From: a virus
Taxonomy: Duplodnaviria > Heunggongvirae > Uroviricota > Caudoviricetes
Length of the DNA stretch: 37,198 bases
Direction: 5' to 3' (one strand)
IMG/VR virus record: IMGVR_UViG_2778261644_000010
Positions 19,315-29,139 of the stretch are shown here, one piece after another. Numbering within the stretch: position 1 is the stretch's first letter; each line of letters starts with the position of its first letter. The notes beneath the pieces are model-generated. The model was not told where the DNA came from. It saw only the letters and a program-made list of their open reading frames with translations, and ran no database searches. The position numbers and the translations under genes are program-made.

Positions 19315-19743
19315 ATGGGTTTTCGTAGCGCATCAATTCTTACGTTGATTATTAGTGGGATTATTATCGGGTGCACTGATGCTGTATCGACAAATTATCA
19401 TGACCGTACATCATATTACTCCGATAAAGCAATAGAGACACAGTATGTGAGTTCATCTGAACGTACTTCTGATGTTAGTGAGGATATCCGTCTGTATGCC
19501 CATCAAATCAAGAGCGCCATCGAAAAACAGTTCGGGGATGCGAGTAAGTATTCAGGAAAAGAGTGTACACTGAGAATGCATATGGCCCCGAATGGCCTTC
19601 TACTGGAGGTTAAAAGAGAAAGTGGAGACCTCGATTTATGTCGTGAAGCGATGAATGCGATAAAGAATGCTGATATACCTGCCCCCCCTTCGCCGGAAGT
19701 ATATAAAGTATTTCAAAATGGGGTGCTGGATTTTAAACCCTGA
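19315..19743 (+). CDS. Lipoprotein with TolA C-terminal (domain III)-like region
   Basis: Signal peptide with lipobox IIGC. C-terminal 85 aa (YAHQIKSAIEKQFGDASKYSGKECTLRMHMAPNGLLLEVK...IPAPPSPEVYKVFQNGVLDFKP) closely resembles the recalled C-terminus of E. coli TolA, which ends ...PKPPSQAVYEVFKNAPLDFKP. TATATAAT promoter-like element and GAGGAAAAATG RBS upstream. Confidence 0.7.
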   Translation: MGFRSASILTLIISGIIIGCTDAVSTNYHDRTSYYSDKAIETQYVSSSERTSDVSEDIRLYAHQIKSAIEKQFGDASKYSGKECTLRMHMAPNGLLLEVKRESGDLDLCREAMNAIKNADIPAPPSPEVYKVFQNGVLDFKP

Positions 19744-19893
19744 TATTTATTGTTTTGTAATAAACGGTTTCGGCTTAGGTTTGTTCTGACACAGCTACGG
19801 CACTGAGCTAAATTTAGCGGATAGTCAGCTCTGAGCCAGTGGCGGACGTAACAACTACTATTGCTGAGATTTTAATGGATTGAGGAGCAAGAA

Positions 19894-20289
19894 GTGGGAT
19901 TAAAGAAAATCGTTATGTTGACTTTTTGGGTCGGTTTTGTTGCGGGATGCACACCTTTACACCCTTCAGATTGCCACAAAACTACTGCTACAGGTAGTTG
20001 CAGTTCAGGACGCTGGGATGATCAGGATGAATGGGGGGCGCAAGCGCGGGGAATCAGAGCTGCAATTAATGCCAAACTTGATGAGCCGCATAACTGGAAA
20101 GGGAAAAAATGCAGGTTGCATATGGAATTCTCTCAGGATGGCACGGCGTTAAAAATATCTACCAGTAACGGTGATAAAGCCTATTGCGAAGCGATAAAGT
20201 CCGCAGCTCATAAAGCCAAATTTCCGGCCTTCAACAATCCGGAAGTCTACAGAGATTTTCAGAAATCTGGCTTTGACATGCGAGGTTAG
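19894..20289 (+). CDS. Second lipoprotein, divergent paralog of the TolA-domain-III-like lipoprotein
   Basis: GTG start after GAGGAG; lipobox VAGC. Shares the K-x-C-x-L-x-M ... G ... C-x-A-I-K-x-A ... P-x-x-x-x-P-E-V-Y-x-x-F-Q pattern with the upstream lipoprotein. Confidence 0.65.
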   Translation: MGLKKIVMLTFWVGFVAGCTPLHPSDCHKTTATGSCSSGRWDDQDEWGAQARGIRAAINAKLDEPHNWKGKKCRLHMEFSQDGTALKISTSNGDKAYCEAIKSAAHKAKFPAFNNPEVYRDFQKSGFDMRG

Positions 20290-20540
20290 CTCTTCAATTA
20301 CTATATCTCATTCATAGCAAACTGACAGATTTGATGATGTTCTATATACGAAACCTGTGATGTCAAGTCTGAGCTAATACAAATAAACATAATATCAGAG
20401 AAATACATTTTATTAGCTCGCTACGGCGAGCTTTTTATATTGCATCGTCTCCAGCATATATATCAATTAAGGCTCTGATTGATGTGTCTGAAAGCCTACA
20501 CATAATAACTATGCCATCCGTTCCGTGCGGAGGTGAGGCT

Positions 20541-20756
20541 ATGAAATCCATGGACAAAATTTCAACAGGCATTGCCTACGGCACCTCCGCAGGCAGTGCT
20601 GGCTACTGGTTTTTACAGTTGCTCGATAGAGTAACTCCGTCACAGTGGGCTGCAATCGGTGTGCTGGGTAGTCTGGTATTTGGCCTGCTGACGTACCTGA
20701 CAAACCTTTATTTCAAGATTAAAGAAGATAAGCGCAAGGCTGCGAGAGGTGAATAA
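20541..20756 (+). CDS. Class II holin / pinholin (phage 21 S-like)
   Basis: 71-aa product [71 protein letters not shown], recognised as the S21 pinholin type. Two transmembrane segments and a charged C-terminus. Confidence 0.85.
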   Translation: MKSMDKISTGIAYGTSAGSAGYWFLQLLDRVTPSQWAAIGVLGSLVFGLLTYLTNLYFKIKEDKRKAARGE

Positions 20757-21253
20757 TGCCTCCATCATTACGAAAAGTCGTTGCTGCTGCTATTGGTGGC
20801 GGAGCAATTGCTATAGCATCAGTGTTAATCACTGGCCCAAGTGGTAACGATGGTCTGGAAGGTGTCAGCTACATACCATACAAAGATATTGTTGGTGTAT
20901 GGACTGTATGTCACGGGCATACAGGAAAAGACATCATGCTCGGTAAAACGTATACCAAAGCAGAATGCAAAACACTCTTGAATAAAGACCTTGCCACTGT
21001 CGCCAGACAAATTAACCCGTACATCAAAGTCGATATACCGGAAACAACGCGCGGCGCTCTTTACTCATTCGTTTACAACGTGGGTGCTGGCAATTTCAGA
21101 ACATCGACGCTTCTTCGCAAAATAAACCAGGGCGATATCAAAGGCGCATGTGATCAGCTACGTCGCTGGACATATGCTGGCGGTAAGCAATGGAAAGGTC
21201 TCATGACTCGTCGTGAGATTGAGCGTGAAATCTGTTTGTGGGGTCAGCAATGA
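20756..21253 (+). CDS. SAR endolysin (lysozyme with N-terminal signal-arrest-release segment)
   Basis: 165-aa ORF with a Gly/Ala-rich hydrophobic N-terminus ([20 protein letters not shown]) followed by a lysozyme-like domain. Start overlaps the holin stop, as in phage 21 S-R. Confidence 0.85.
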   Translation: MPPSLRKVVAAAIGGGAIAIASVLITGPSGNDGLEGVSYIPYKDIVGVWTVCHGHTGKDIMLGKTYTKAECKTLLNKDLATVARQINPYIKVDIPETTRGALYSFVYNVGAGNFRTSTLLRKINQGDIKGACDQLRRWTYAGGKQWKGLMTRREIEREICLWGQQ

Positions 21254-21714
21254 ACAGAGTAACCGCGATTATCTCCGCTCTGGTTATCTGCATCATCGTC
21301 TGCCTGTCATGGGCTGTTAATCATTACCGTGATAACGTCATTACCTACAAAGCCCAGCGCGACAAAAATGCCAGAGAACTGAAGCTGGCGAACGCGGCAA
21401 TTACTGACATGCAGATGCGTCAGCGTGATGTTGCTGCGCTCGATGCAAAATACACGAAGGAGTTAGCTGATGCGAAAGCTGAAAATGATGCTCTGCGTGA
21501 TGATGTTGCCGCTGGTCGTCGTCGGTTGCACATCAAAGCAGTCTGTCAGTCAGTGCGTGAAGCCACCACCGCCTCCGGCGTGGATAATGCAGCCTCCCCC
21601 CGACTGGCAGACACCGCTGAACGGGATTATTTCACCCTCCGGGAACGACTGGTAATGATGCAGGCCCAACTTGAAGGTGCTCAGCAATACATAACCGAGC
21701 AGTGTTTAAAGTAA
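21250..21714 (+). CDS. Spanin inner-membrane subunit Rz (i-spanin)
   Basis: N-terminal transmembrane segment ([19 protein letters not shown]) followed by a coiled-coil, charged periplasmic domain. Immediately after the endolysin. Confidence 0.8.
   Translation: MNRVTAIISALVICIIVCLSWAVNHYRDNVITYKAQRDKNARELKLANAAITDMQMRQRDVAALDAKYTKELADAKAENDALRDDVAAGRRRLHIKAVCQSVREATTASGVDNAASPRLADTAERDYFTLRERLVMMQAQLEGAQQYITEQCLK
21470..21655 (+). CDS. Spanin outer-membrane lipoprotein Rz1 (o-spanin), embedded in Rz
   Basis: 61-aa ORF in the +1 frame inside Rz. Lipobox VVGC and a Pro-rich body ([17 protein letters not shown]). Confidence 0.7.
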   Translation: MRKLKMMLCVMMLPLVVVGCTSKQSVSQCVKPPPPPAWIMQPPPDWQTPLNGIISPSGNDW

Positions 21715-21851
21715 AATCTTAACTACAATATGATTCATTTTGATGATTGTTTCATAAGGAACAGTGAAGTAAGATCTAAGAGGAGTTAAATTTTATACAG
21801 TATAATCATAATATTGCAGCAAGGTGGTTATAATTGAAAGAATATTTAGAT

Positions 21852-23309
21852 ATGAATACATCTCATGTAAGAGTTGTTACTCATATGTGTGGGTTCCTGG
21901 TTTGGCTCTATAGTCTTTCAATGTTGCCACCAATGGTTGTAGCATTGTTTTATAAAGAAAAAAGCCTGTTCGTTTTCTTTATAACTTTCGTTATATTTTT
22001 TTGCATTGGTGGCGGAGCGTGGTATACAACTAAGAAATCTGGCATTCAATTACGTACCCGTGATGGGTTTATTATAATTGTAATGTTTTGGATTTTGTTT
22101 TCTGTTATTAGTGCATTCCCTTTATGGATTGACTCAGAACTTAATTTAACGTTCATTGATGCTCTGTTTGAAGGGGTTTCTGGAATAACAACAACAGGAG
22201 CAACTGTAATTGATGATGTTAGTTCATTACCTCGGGCATATTTGTACTATCGGTCACAGTTAAATTTTATAGGTGGTTTAGGAGTTATTGTTCTGGCGGT
22301 TGCTGTATTGCCATTATTGGGTATTGGTGGTGCAAAGCTTTATCAGTCAGAAATGCCGGGGCCATTTAAGGATGACAAACTCACTCCCCGCCTGGCCGAT
22401 ACGTCACGGACACTGTGGATAACTTATTCTTTATTAGGTATTGCTTGTATTGTCTGTTATAGACTTGCAGGAATGTCTTTGTTTGATGCTATTTGTCACG
22501 GGATTTCCACAGTTTCGCTTGGTGGTTTCTCAACTCATAGCGAGAGTATCGGATATTTTAATAACTATTTGGTTGAGCTGGTGGCTGGTTCTTTTTCCCT
22601 GCTATCGGCTTTCAACTTCACTCTTTGGTATATTGTTATTAGCAGGAAAACGATAAAACCTTTAATCAGAGATATTGAACTTCGTTTCTTTCTGTTAATA
22701 GCCTTAGGGGTGATCATTGTTACCTCTTTCCAGGTCTGGCATATAGGTATGTATGACTTGCATGGAAGTTTTATTCATTCGTTTTTTCTTGCCAGCTCCA
22801 TGCTCACTGATAATGGTTTAGCTACGCAGGATTATGTAAGTTGGCCCACGCACACGATAGTGTTTTTGCTGTTGTCAAGTTTCTTTGGGGGATGTATAGG
22901 TTCAACTTGTGGTGGAATTAAGTCACTTCGATTTCTTATACTTTTCAAACAAAGCAAACACGAGATAAATCAGCTTTCTCATCCCAGAGCGTTGTTGAGT
23001 GTAAATGTAGGAGGGAAGATAGTTACAGATCGTGTAATGAGGTCTGTATGGAGTTTCTTTTTTCTTTATACTCTCTTCACGGTGTTTTTTATACTGGTGT
23101 TAAATGGTATGGGATATGATTTTCTTACATCATTTGCAACAGTGGCTGCATGTATTAATAATATGGGATTAGGTTTTGGGGCTACTGCATCGTCATTCGG
23201 AGTGCTTAATGACATTGCAAAATGTTTAATGTGCATAGCTATGATTCTTGGTCGCCTTGAAATTTATCCTGTTATTATATTGTTTTCAGGTTTTTTTTGG
23301 CGCTCCTAA
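21852..23309 (+). CDS. trkG: Potassium uptake protein TrkG (Trk system membrane subunit)
   Basis: 485-aa polytopic membrane protein starting MNTSHVRVVTHMCGFLVWLYSL, recognised as Rac TrkG. Visibly AT-rich relative to the prophage core. Confidence 0.9.
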   Translation: MNTSHVRVVTHMCGFLVWLYSLSMLPPMVVALFYKEKSLFVFFITFVIFFCIGGGAWYTTKKSGIQLRTRDGFIIIVMFWILFSVISAFPLWIDSELNLTFIDALFEGVSGITTTGATVIDDVSSLPRAYLYYRSQLNFIGGLGVIVLAVAVLPLLGIGGAKLYQSEMPGPFKDDKLTPRLADTSRTLWITYSLLGIACIVCYRLAGMSLFDAICHGISTVSLGGFSTHSESIGYFNNYLVELVAGSFSLLSAFNFTLWYIVISRKTIKPLIRDIELRFFLLIALGVIIVTSFQVWHIGMYDLHGSFIHSFFLASSMLTDNGLATQDYVSWPTHTIVFLLLSSFFGGCIGSTCGGIKSLRFLILFKQSKHEINQLSHPRALLSVNVGGKIVTDRVMRSVWSFFFLYTLFTVFFILVLNGMGYDFLTSFATVAACINNMGLGFGATASSFGVLNDIAKCLMCIAMILGRLEIYPVIILFSGFFWRS

Positions 23310-23446
23310 TATATGGCTGATTTATAATTGTGAGTTTAATATTATGTTGACTCACTCATTGATCCAATACCTAACTTTACCAGCAACACCTCCGTCCCCA
23401 GTAGCACTGGCTGCTGGGGTGCGTTTTATTCATAAAGCAAGGCTGT

Positions 23447-24238
23447 ATGAGCGAGAAATTAAAGATAGTCTATCGCCCATTACAAGAATTGTCACCGTAT
23501 GCGCACAACGCCAGGACGCACAGTACTGAGCAGGTGGCACAACTGGTAGAAAGTATTAAGCAATTCGGCTGGACTAATCCGGTGCTGATTGACGAAAAGG
23601 GCGAAATTATTGCGGGTCACGGTCGTGTTATGGCGGCTGAAATGCTCAAAATGGATTCTGTTCCGGTCATTGTTCTGTCTGGCCTGACGGATGAGCAGAA
23701 AAAGGCGTACCGCCTGGCAGATAATCGCCTGCCGATGAATGCTGGCTGGGATGAAGATCTGTTGCGGATGGAGCTGTCGGACCTAATCAATGCTGATTTT
23801 GATGTCTCCCTGACAGGCTTCATCCCGACAGAAATTGATGAACTGTTGACGGATGTTTTGCCCGGTACAGGAAATGAGGAGGAGCCGTATACGACGAAAA
23901 TTGATACGCCTGTTTATGAGCCGTCGGGCGGTAAACCGGATATCAGTGAACTGTACGACGATACGAAAACTCAGGAGCTGATCAGCCGGATACGTTCGGC
24001 GTCCCTTGAGCCTGATATTGAGAAATTCCTCCTGTGTGCGGCAGAACGTCACACGGTGTTTAATTTCAGCAGAATTGCGGACTATTACGCTCACGCCCCC
24101 GCTGAAATTCAGTGTTTTTTCGAGGAGTCGGCGCTGGTGATCATTGATTATCAGCAGGCTATTGAAAATGGATTTGTCCGGATGACGCAGCGCATGGTGG
24201 AGATCATGCATGGTGGTGAGGAGGAGGAATATGCGTGA
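23447..24238 (+). CDS. ParB-like nuclease domain protein
   Basis: N-terminal ParB/Srx-like motif (LIDEKGEIIAGHGRVMAAEML). Located upstream of the terminase genes, where K-12 Rac has only the ynaK/ydaY remnants. Confidence 0.7.
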   Translation: MSEKLKIVYRPLQELSPYAHNARTHSTEQVAQLVESIKQFGWTNPVLIDEKGEIIAGHGRVMAAEMLKMDSVPVIVLSGLTDEQKKAYRLADNRLPMNAGWDEDLLRMELSDLINADFDVSLTGFIPTEIDELLTDVLPGTGNEEEPYTTKIDTPVYEPSGGKPDISELYDDTKTQELISRIRSASLEPDIEKFLLCAAERHTVFNFSRIADYYAHAPAEIQCFFEESALVIIDYQQAIENGFVRMTQRMVEIMHGGEEEEYA

Positions 24239-25163
24239 TGATTTTTGCGCCTTTATTCTGACTCACGGGCGACCGGACAAAGTTCTGACTTACCGGACGT
24301 TGCGTCGTGCTGGCTATACCGGGAAAATTTTTATCGTTGTTGATGATGAAGATAAGACACGGCATCAGTACATGGCTGAATTTGGTGAACAGGTGCTGGT
24401 GTTTTCCAAAGCCGATATCGCCAGTCGTTTTGACGAAGCCGATAATTTCTGTGACCGCCGCTCAATTTTTTACGCCCGTAATGCCTGTTTCGACCAGGCA
24501 AAACTGGTCGGGTGTAAATACTTCATTCAGCTCGATGATGATTATCACGAGTTCCAGTTTCGGGTGGATCGCAACTATGACCAGGCCTATTTTCCGATAA
24601 GGAAACTGGATGCGATCCTTTCTGAAATGCTGGCGTACTACGAATCAATACCTGCTCTTTCCATCGCTATGTCGCAGGGCGGGGATTTTCTTGGTGACAA
24701 CGGCGGCCATGCTTCGTGGGTGAAACGCAAGGCAATGAACAGCTTTATCTGTTCGGTTGATCGACCGTTCTCATTCATGGGGCGCATTAACGAGGATGTG
24801 AATACGTACACGAATCTCGGTCGCTGTGGTGAATTGTTTATGACGATCGGTGCTGTCCAGTTAGGGCAGAAACAGACGCAGAAAAACAGCGGCGGAATGA
24901 CCGAGCTGTATCTGGATTCCGGAACCTACGTTAAAAGTTTTTACTCCGTCATGTATGCGCCGTCGTGCGTAAAAATCTCACTGATGGGTGCCAGTCATAA
25001 ACGCATTCACCATCAGGTCACCTGGAACAACGCTGCAGTAAAAATCCTTCACGAAAAATACAGGAAGAAGACACCCTGCATATCAATGGGGGTGACAAAT
25101 GATTCCGTATTCGAAAGTCGAGTCTCTGGCAGCGTGCCGGATGACTGCACAACAAATCGCTGA
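24231..25163 (+). CDS. Hypothetical protein with possible GT-A-like features (DxD-type motif)
   Basis: Start at the ATG after GAGGAGGAGG (MRDDFCAFILTHGRPDKV). A beta-strand-like N-terminus followed about 95 aa later by KYFIQLDDDYHEF is consistent with, but does not prove, a nucleotide-sugar transferase fold. Confidence 0.5.
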   Translation: MRDDFCAFILTHGRPDKVLTYRTLRRAGYTGKIFIVVDDEDKTRHQYMAEFGEQVLVFSKADIASRFDEADNFCDRRSIFYARNACFDQAKLVGCKYFIQLDDDYHEFQFRVDRNYDQAYFPIRKLDAILSEMLAYYESIPALSIAMSQGGDFLGDNGGHASWVKRKAMNSFICSVDRPFSFMGRINEDVNTYTNLGRCGELFMTIGAVQLGQKQTQKNSGGMTELYLDSGTYVKSFYSVMYAPSCVKISLMGASHKRIHHQVTWNNAAVKILHEKYRKKTPCISMGVTNDSVFESRVSGSVPDDCTTNR

Positions 25164-25350
25164 CGTTCTGGATGTTGATCTGAACCGACTGAAAGAAAAT
25201 CGGGAAGCAATGACAGATTTTTATGCGGCCATCCGTAAGGGCAGAGCGAAAGGTGAAGCCGAGTTACGAGCGGCATTGTTTAAGCTTGCCAGAAAAGGGG
25301 ATGCCTTTGCTCTGCGCGAAATACTCAGGGTGGATAAAAATCAGGACTAA
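25099..25350 (+). CDS. Small hypothetical protein, possible DNA-binding / terminase-associated
   Basis: 83-aa ORF with RBS GGGGGTGA. Helix-rich with basic residues. Directly upstream of the terminase small subunit; start uncertain because it overlaps the preceding gene. Confidence 0.45.
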   Translation: MIPYSKVESLAACRMTAQQIADVLDVDLNRLKENREAMTDFYAAIRKGRAKGEAELRAALFKLARKGDAFALREILRVDKNQD

Positions 25351-25353
25351 CTG

Positions 25354-26448
25354 ATGAGCAGACCGGACTGGGGGGCGTTGCAGCAGGAGTATATTGCTGA
25401 ATACACCCGCTCCGGTATATCTCCGGTGGCATGGTGTGAAGCAAGGGGACTGAATTACGCAACAGCCCGTCGTTACATCAAAAAAACTCCGAAAAATGCG
25501 CAGACAGAAATGTGCAAAACTGCGCAAAAAAGTGCGCAGAAAAAATCTGCGCAGACTGCACAAAAGCGGAACGAAAAATCTCAGGAAAAAAAGCCAGTAT
25601 TCGATGCGGGCCTGAATGAGGGCGACGCGGAGGAATTTTCGTTCTGTCCCGATGAATTCGGCATTTCTGACCAGCAGGCTAAGTTTGCGATGCTTGTTGC
25701 TCAGGGTAAAAAGCCGACAGAGGCGTACCGACTAGCCGGTTATGAGGGGCAAGGTGCGACAGCTAACAGCAACGCCAGTCGTATGCTTAGAAATGCCAGG
25801 GTTTTTCGCGCTATCAGCTACTTCCGCAATCAGTACCAGAAACGCTATACCGCAGACCTGGATTTACTAGTGAGTCAGTTGATGGCTATTGTCCTGGCCG
25901 ACCCCAATCAGCTTGCACAATTTCGCCGTGTTAACTGCCGTTATTGCTGGGGCGAGAATCATCTCTACCAGTGGCGCGATATAGCAGAATTCGACAAGGC
26001 AGCGGCGCAGGCTTCCAGAGATGGCAAACCCGAACCGGAATATGGAGGCCTCGGCTTTGTTGATAACGCCATACCCAATCCGGACTGCCCGAAGTGCTGC
26101 GGTGAGGGAACGGGACAGCTTTATATGGCTGATACCACTCTGCTTGATGGGGATGCGCGGCAATTATATGCAGGGGCAAAATTCGGAAAATTCGGCGTTG
26201 AGATCCTGCTGGAGGATAAGGCTGCCGCCCGGCGTGAATTGTTGCGTTTGTTTTCTGCTGGCGGGGCTTTATGTGCAGATAAGCGGCTACAGGAACTGGA
26301 AATTGAACGGCGCAGAATGGAAAACCAGAAGCTGCGCAAAGAGATCGAAACGGTGGAAGATAATGAACATCCCCAGCCTGTGGCGATCAATATTAATGTG
26401 GTTGATGCCAGAGTAAGGAGTGATGAAGATGATCTCTCCGACGCTTAA
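25354..26448 (+). CDS. Terminase small subunit
   Basis: Contains FAMLVAQGKKPTEAYRLAGY...NASRMLRNARV, typical of the terminase small-subunit family as I recall it. Immediately upstream of the large subunit. Confidence 0.7.
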   Translation: MSRPDWGALQQEYIAEYTRSGISPVAWCEARGLNYATARRYIKKTPKNAQTEMCKTAQKSAQKKSAQTAQKRNEKSQEKKPVFDAGLNEGDAEEFSFCPDEFGISDQQAKFAMLVAQGKKPTEAYRLAGYEGQGATANSNASRMLRNARVFRAISYFRNQYQKRYTADLDLLVSQLMAIVLADPNQLAQFRRVNCRYCWGENHLYQWRDIAEFDKAAAQASRDGKPEPEYGGLGFVDNAIPNPDCPKCCGEGTGQLYMADTTLLDGDARQLYAGAKFGKFGVEILLEDKAAARRELLRLFSAGGALCADKRLQELEIERRRMENQKLRKEIETVEDNEHPQPVAININVVDARVRSDEDDLSDA

Positions 26449-27730
26449 TGTGCCTCAGGCGCGATTTCTTTCAATGCCCCATAAATTTAAAGCCTATATT
26501 GCTGGTTTTGGCTCGGGCAAAACATGGGTTGGGTGTGGCGGCATATGCAAGGGGATTTGGGAGCATCCAGGTATAAATCAGGGATATTTTGCGCCAACGT
26601 ATCCCCAAATTCGCGATATTTTTTACCCTACAGTGGAAGAAGTTGCTGCTGACTGGGGATTGAACGTAAAAATTAATGAGGGAAATAAAGAGGTTCACTT
26701 TTATTACGGACGCCAGTATCGGGGAACCACTATCTGCAGATCGATGGAGAAGCCACAAACGATCGTCGGTTTCAAAATTGGTAATGCGTTGGTGGATGAA
26801 CTGGACATTTTGCCGAAGGAAAAAGCCAGAACGGCGTGGCGCAAGATAATTGCACGTATGCGTTATAAGATTGATGGACTTCGCAACGGTATTGACGTTA
26901 CAACCACGCCGGAAGGATTCAAATTTGTCTACGAGCAGTTTGTTAAAGCCGTGCGTGAAAAAACAGAGCTGGCCTCACTGTATGGTCTGGTGCAGGCATC
27001 TACTTTCGATAATGAAAAGAACCTGCCAGCAGATTACATTCCTTCGCTTCTTGAATCATACCCTCCAGAGCTGATTAAAGCCTATCTTCGAGGACAGTTT
27101 ACTAACCTGACAAGTGGTACTGTTTACCATCAGTTTGACCGGAAACTGAATAATTGCGAAGAAGTGGAGCAGCCAGGGGAGCCGATTTATATTGGGATGG
27201 ATTTTAACGTTGGAAAGATGGCGGGAATCGTCCATGTGCTGCGTTTGGGGCTTCCATGTGCGGTAACTGAAATCATCAATGCCTACGATACGCCGGATAT
27301 GATCCGCATCATTAAAGAACGCTTCTGGCTGTATGATGGGAATGATTACCGGAAAGTGAGGGAAATTTATATTTATCCAGATGCTTCCGGGGATTCCAGA
27401 AAATCAAGTAACGCAAGTACGACGGATATAGCCCAGCTTAAGCAGGCTGGTTTTAACGTTGTGGTGAACAGCTCGAACCCGCCAGTAAAAGATCGCGTTA
27501 ACTCAATGAATGCAATGTTCTGCAATGCCAATGGTGAGCGTCGCTATAAAGTTAATGTGAAGCGTTGCCCGTTATATGCCGAATCTCTGGAGCAACAGGT
27601 CTGGGATGAGAAGGGGGAGCCTGATAAAAAATCTGGCAATGATCACCCGAATGATGCCGGAGGTTATTTCATCGTTAAGCAATTCCCTATTGTCAAACCG
27701 ACCGGAAGAGTCACATCACTTCGGATTTAA
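26420..27730 (+). CDS. Terminase large subunit
   Basis: Walker A-like GFGSGKTW near the N-terminus; acidic nuclease-like C-terminal half. Followed by the portal gene. Confidence 0.8.
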   Translation: MMKMISPTLNVPQARFLSMPHKFKAYIAGFGSGKTWVGCGGICKGIWEHPGINQGYFAPTYPQIRDIFYPTVEEVAADWGLNVKINEGNKEVHFYYGRQYRGTTICRSMEKPQTIVGFKIGNALVDELDILPKEKARTAWRKIIARMRYKIDGLRNGIDVTTTPEGFKFVYEQFVKAVREKTELASLYGLVQASTFDNEKNLPADYIPSLLESYPPELIKAYLRGQFTNLTSGTVYHQFDRKLNNCEEVEQPGEPIYIGMDFNVGKMAGIVHVLRLGLPCAVTEIINAYDTPDMIRIIKERFWLYDGNDYRKVREIYIYPDASGDSRKSSNASTTDIAQLKQAGFNVVVNSSNPPVKDRVNSMNAMFCNANGERRYKVNVKRCPLYAESLEQQVWDEKGEPDKKSGNDHPNDAGGYFIVKQFPIVKPTGRVTSLRI

Positions 27731-27732
27731 TT

Positions 27733-29139
27733 ATGGCTGATATATCAACACCCAACCTCGACTATAACGATATGCTGGAGGCGTGGGATATTAACGACGC
27801 ACTGATGGGCGGTACGCTTGAAATGCGCAGGCAGGGGGAAAATTATCTCCCAAAATGGCCTAACGAAGATGAAGACGCTTATAAAAAACGCCTGTCTGTG
27901 GCTACGCTACTTCCTGTGTATGAAGAAAGCATCAAGCAAAATATTGGGCGCATATTTGCAGAGCCGACAGTATTGAGTGAGGAAACGCCGGCAAAAATCA
28001 GGGAATATGCAGAAAATATCGACATGGAGGGGAGCCGACTGGATGTGTGGGCGCAGCAATTTTTCAGCCTCGCATTTCAGTATGGTGTGGCACATGCGCT
28101 GGTGGACTATCCACGAACGGATATGAAAGAGATTCGGACAAAAGCCGATGAAAACGCGACCGGTGGTCGTCCGTACGTTACGATGCTGAATCCACGCCAG
28201 GTTATTGGATGGAAATCGAAAGTTGAAAAAGGGAAAGTTGTTCTCACTGATTTGCGTATAAAAGAGGTCATCATTATTGATGGTGATGATTTCGGGCAGA
28301 AGAAGGTGGAGCAGATCCGCCATATTATGCCCCGTCGAGTTGAAATTTATCGACGTAGCGAAGGCACTAATGGCGAATCTGTCTGGACGCTTCATGAGTC
28401 ATGGAATACCAGCCGTGATGATATTCCTCTGGTAACACTGTACACGAAGAAAACAGGATTTATGCGTGGTACACCGCCATTGCTTAATCTTGGCTTGCTG
28501 AATATCAAGCACTGGCAAAGCCAGAGCGAGCAGGACAATATTCTTCATGTTGCCCGCGTTCCATTGCTGGTGGCCTACGGGCTGGACAGGAATGAAGAAC
28601 TGACGGTTGGTGCATCCACCGCTACGATTTTTGAGGACAGAACAAAAAATGGCCTCGAATATGTTGAACATAGTGGCGCAGCGATAGAATCTGGCGAAAC
28701 ATCACTTGAGAAGCTGGAAAATCAGATGCGTCATGCCGGCGCTAAACTTCTGCGTGCTGAAAATACATCCACCAAATCTGTTGATCAGACTAATGAAGAG
28801 CGAATGCAGGAAAACTCGCCGCTTTATACAATGGCGAACTCCCTCGAAGATGCCCTCGATAATATTCTCCAGATAATGGCGGAATGGATCGGAGAGAGTT
28901 GCGGTGGCAATGTGGATGTGCGCACTGAACTGGATGTATCTGCCCAGGTGTTTGACTCATCCTCCGCGCTGGCTGTTCAGTCATTGCGTCAGGGCGGTGA
29001 TATACGTCAGATTGATGCGGTTCGGGTGTTGCAGGCGTTGAAATTTATCGATCAGGATTCCCGTCCAGAGGAAGTGATCGATGAATTAAAAAATCAGAGT
29101 GTAATGCTGATGGAAATCAATGATGCAAACCGTGAATGA
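27733..29139 (+). CDS. Portal protein
   Basis: 468-aa ORF immediately after the terminase large subunit and before the head morphogenesis gene. Called by canonical gene order. Confidence 0.7.
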   Translation: MADISTPNLDYNDMLEAWDINDALMGGTLEMRRQGENYLPKWPNEDEDAYKKRLSVATLLPVYEESIKQNIGRIFAEPTVLSEETPAKIREYAENIDMEGSRLDVWAQQFFSLAFQYGVAHALVDYPRTDMKEIRTKADENATGGRPYVTMLNPRQVIGWKSKVEKGKVVLTDLRIKEVIIIDGDDFGQKKVEQIRHIMPRRVEIYRRSEGTNGESVWTLHESWNTSRDDIPLVTLYTKKTGFMRGTPPLLNLGLLNIKHWQSQSEQDNILHVARVPLLVAYGLDRNEELTVGASTATIFEDRTKNGLEYVEHSGAAIESGETSLEKLENQMRHAGAKLLRAENTSTKSVDQTNEERMQENSPLYTMANSLEDALDNILQIMAEWIGESCGGNVDVRTELDVSAQVFDSSSALAVQSLRQGGDIRQIDAVRVLQALKFIDQDSRPEEVIDELKNQSVMLMEINDANRE

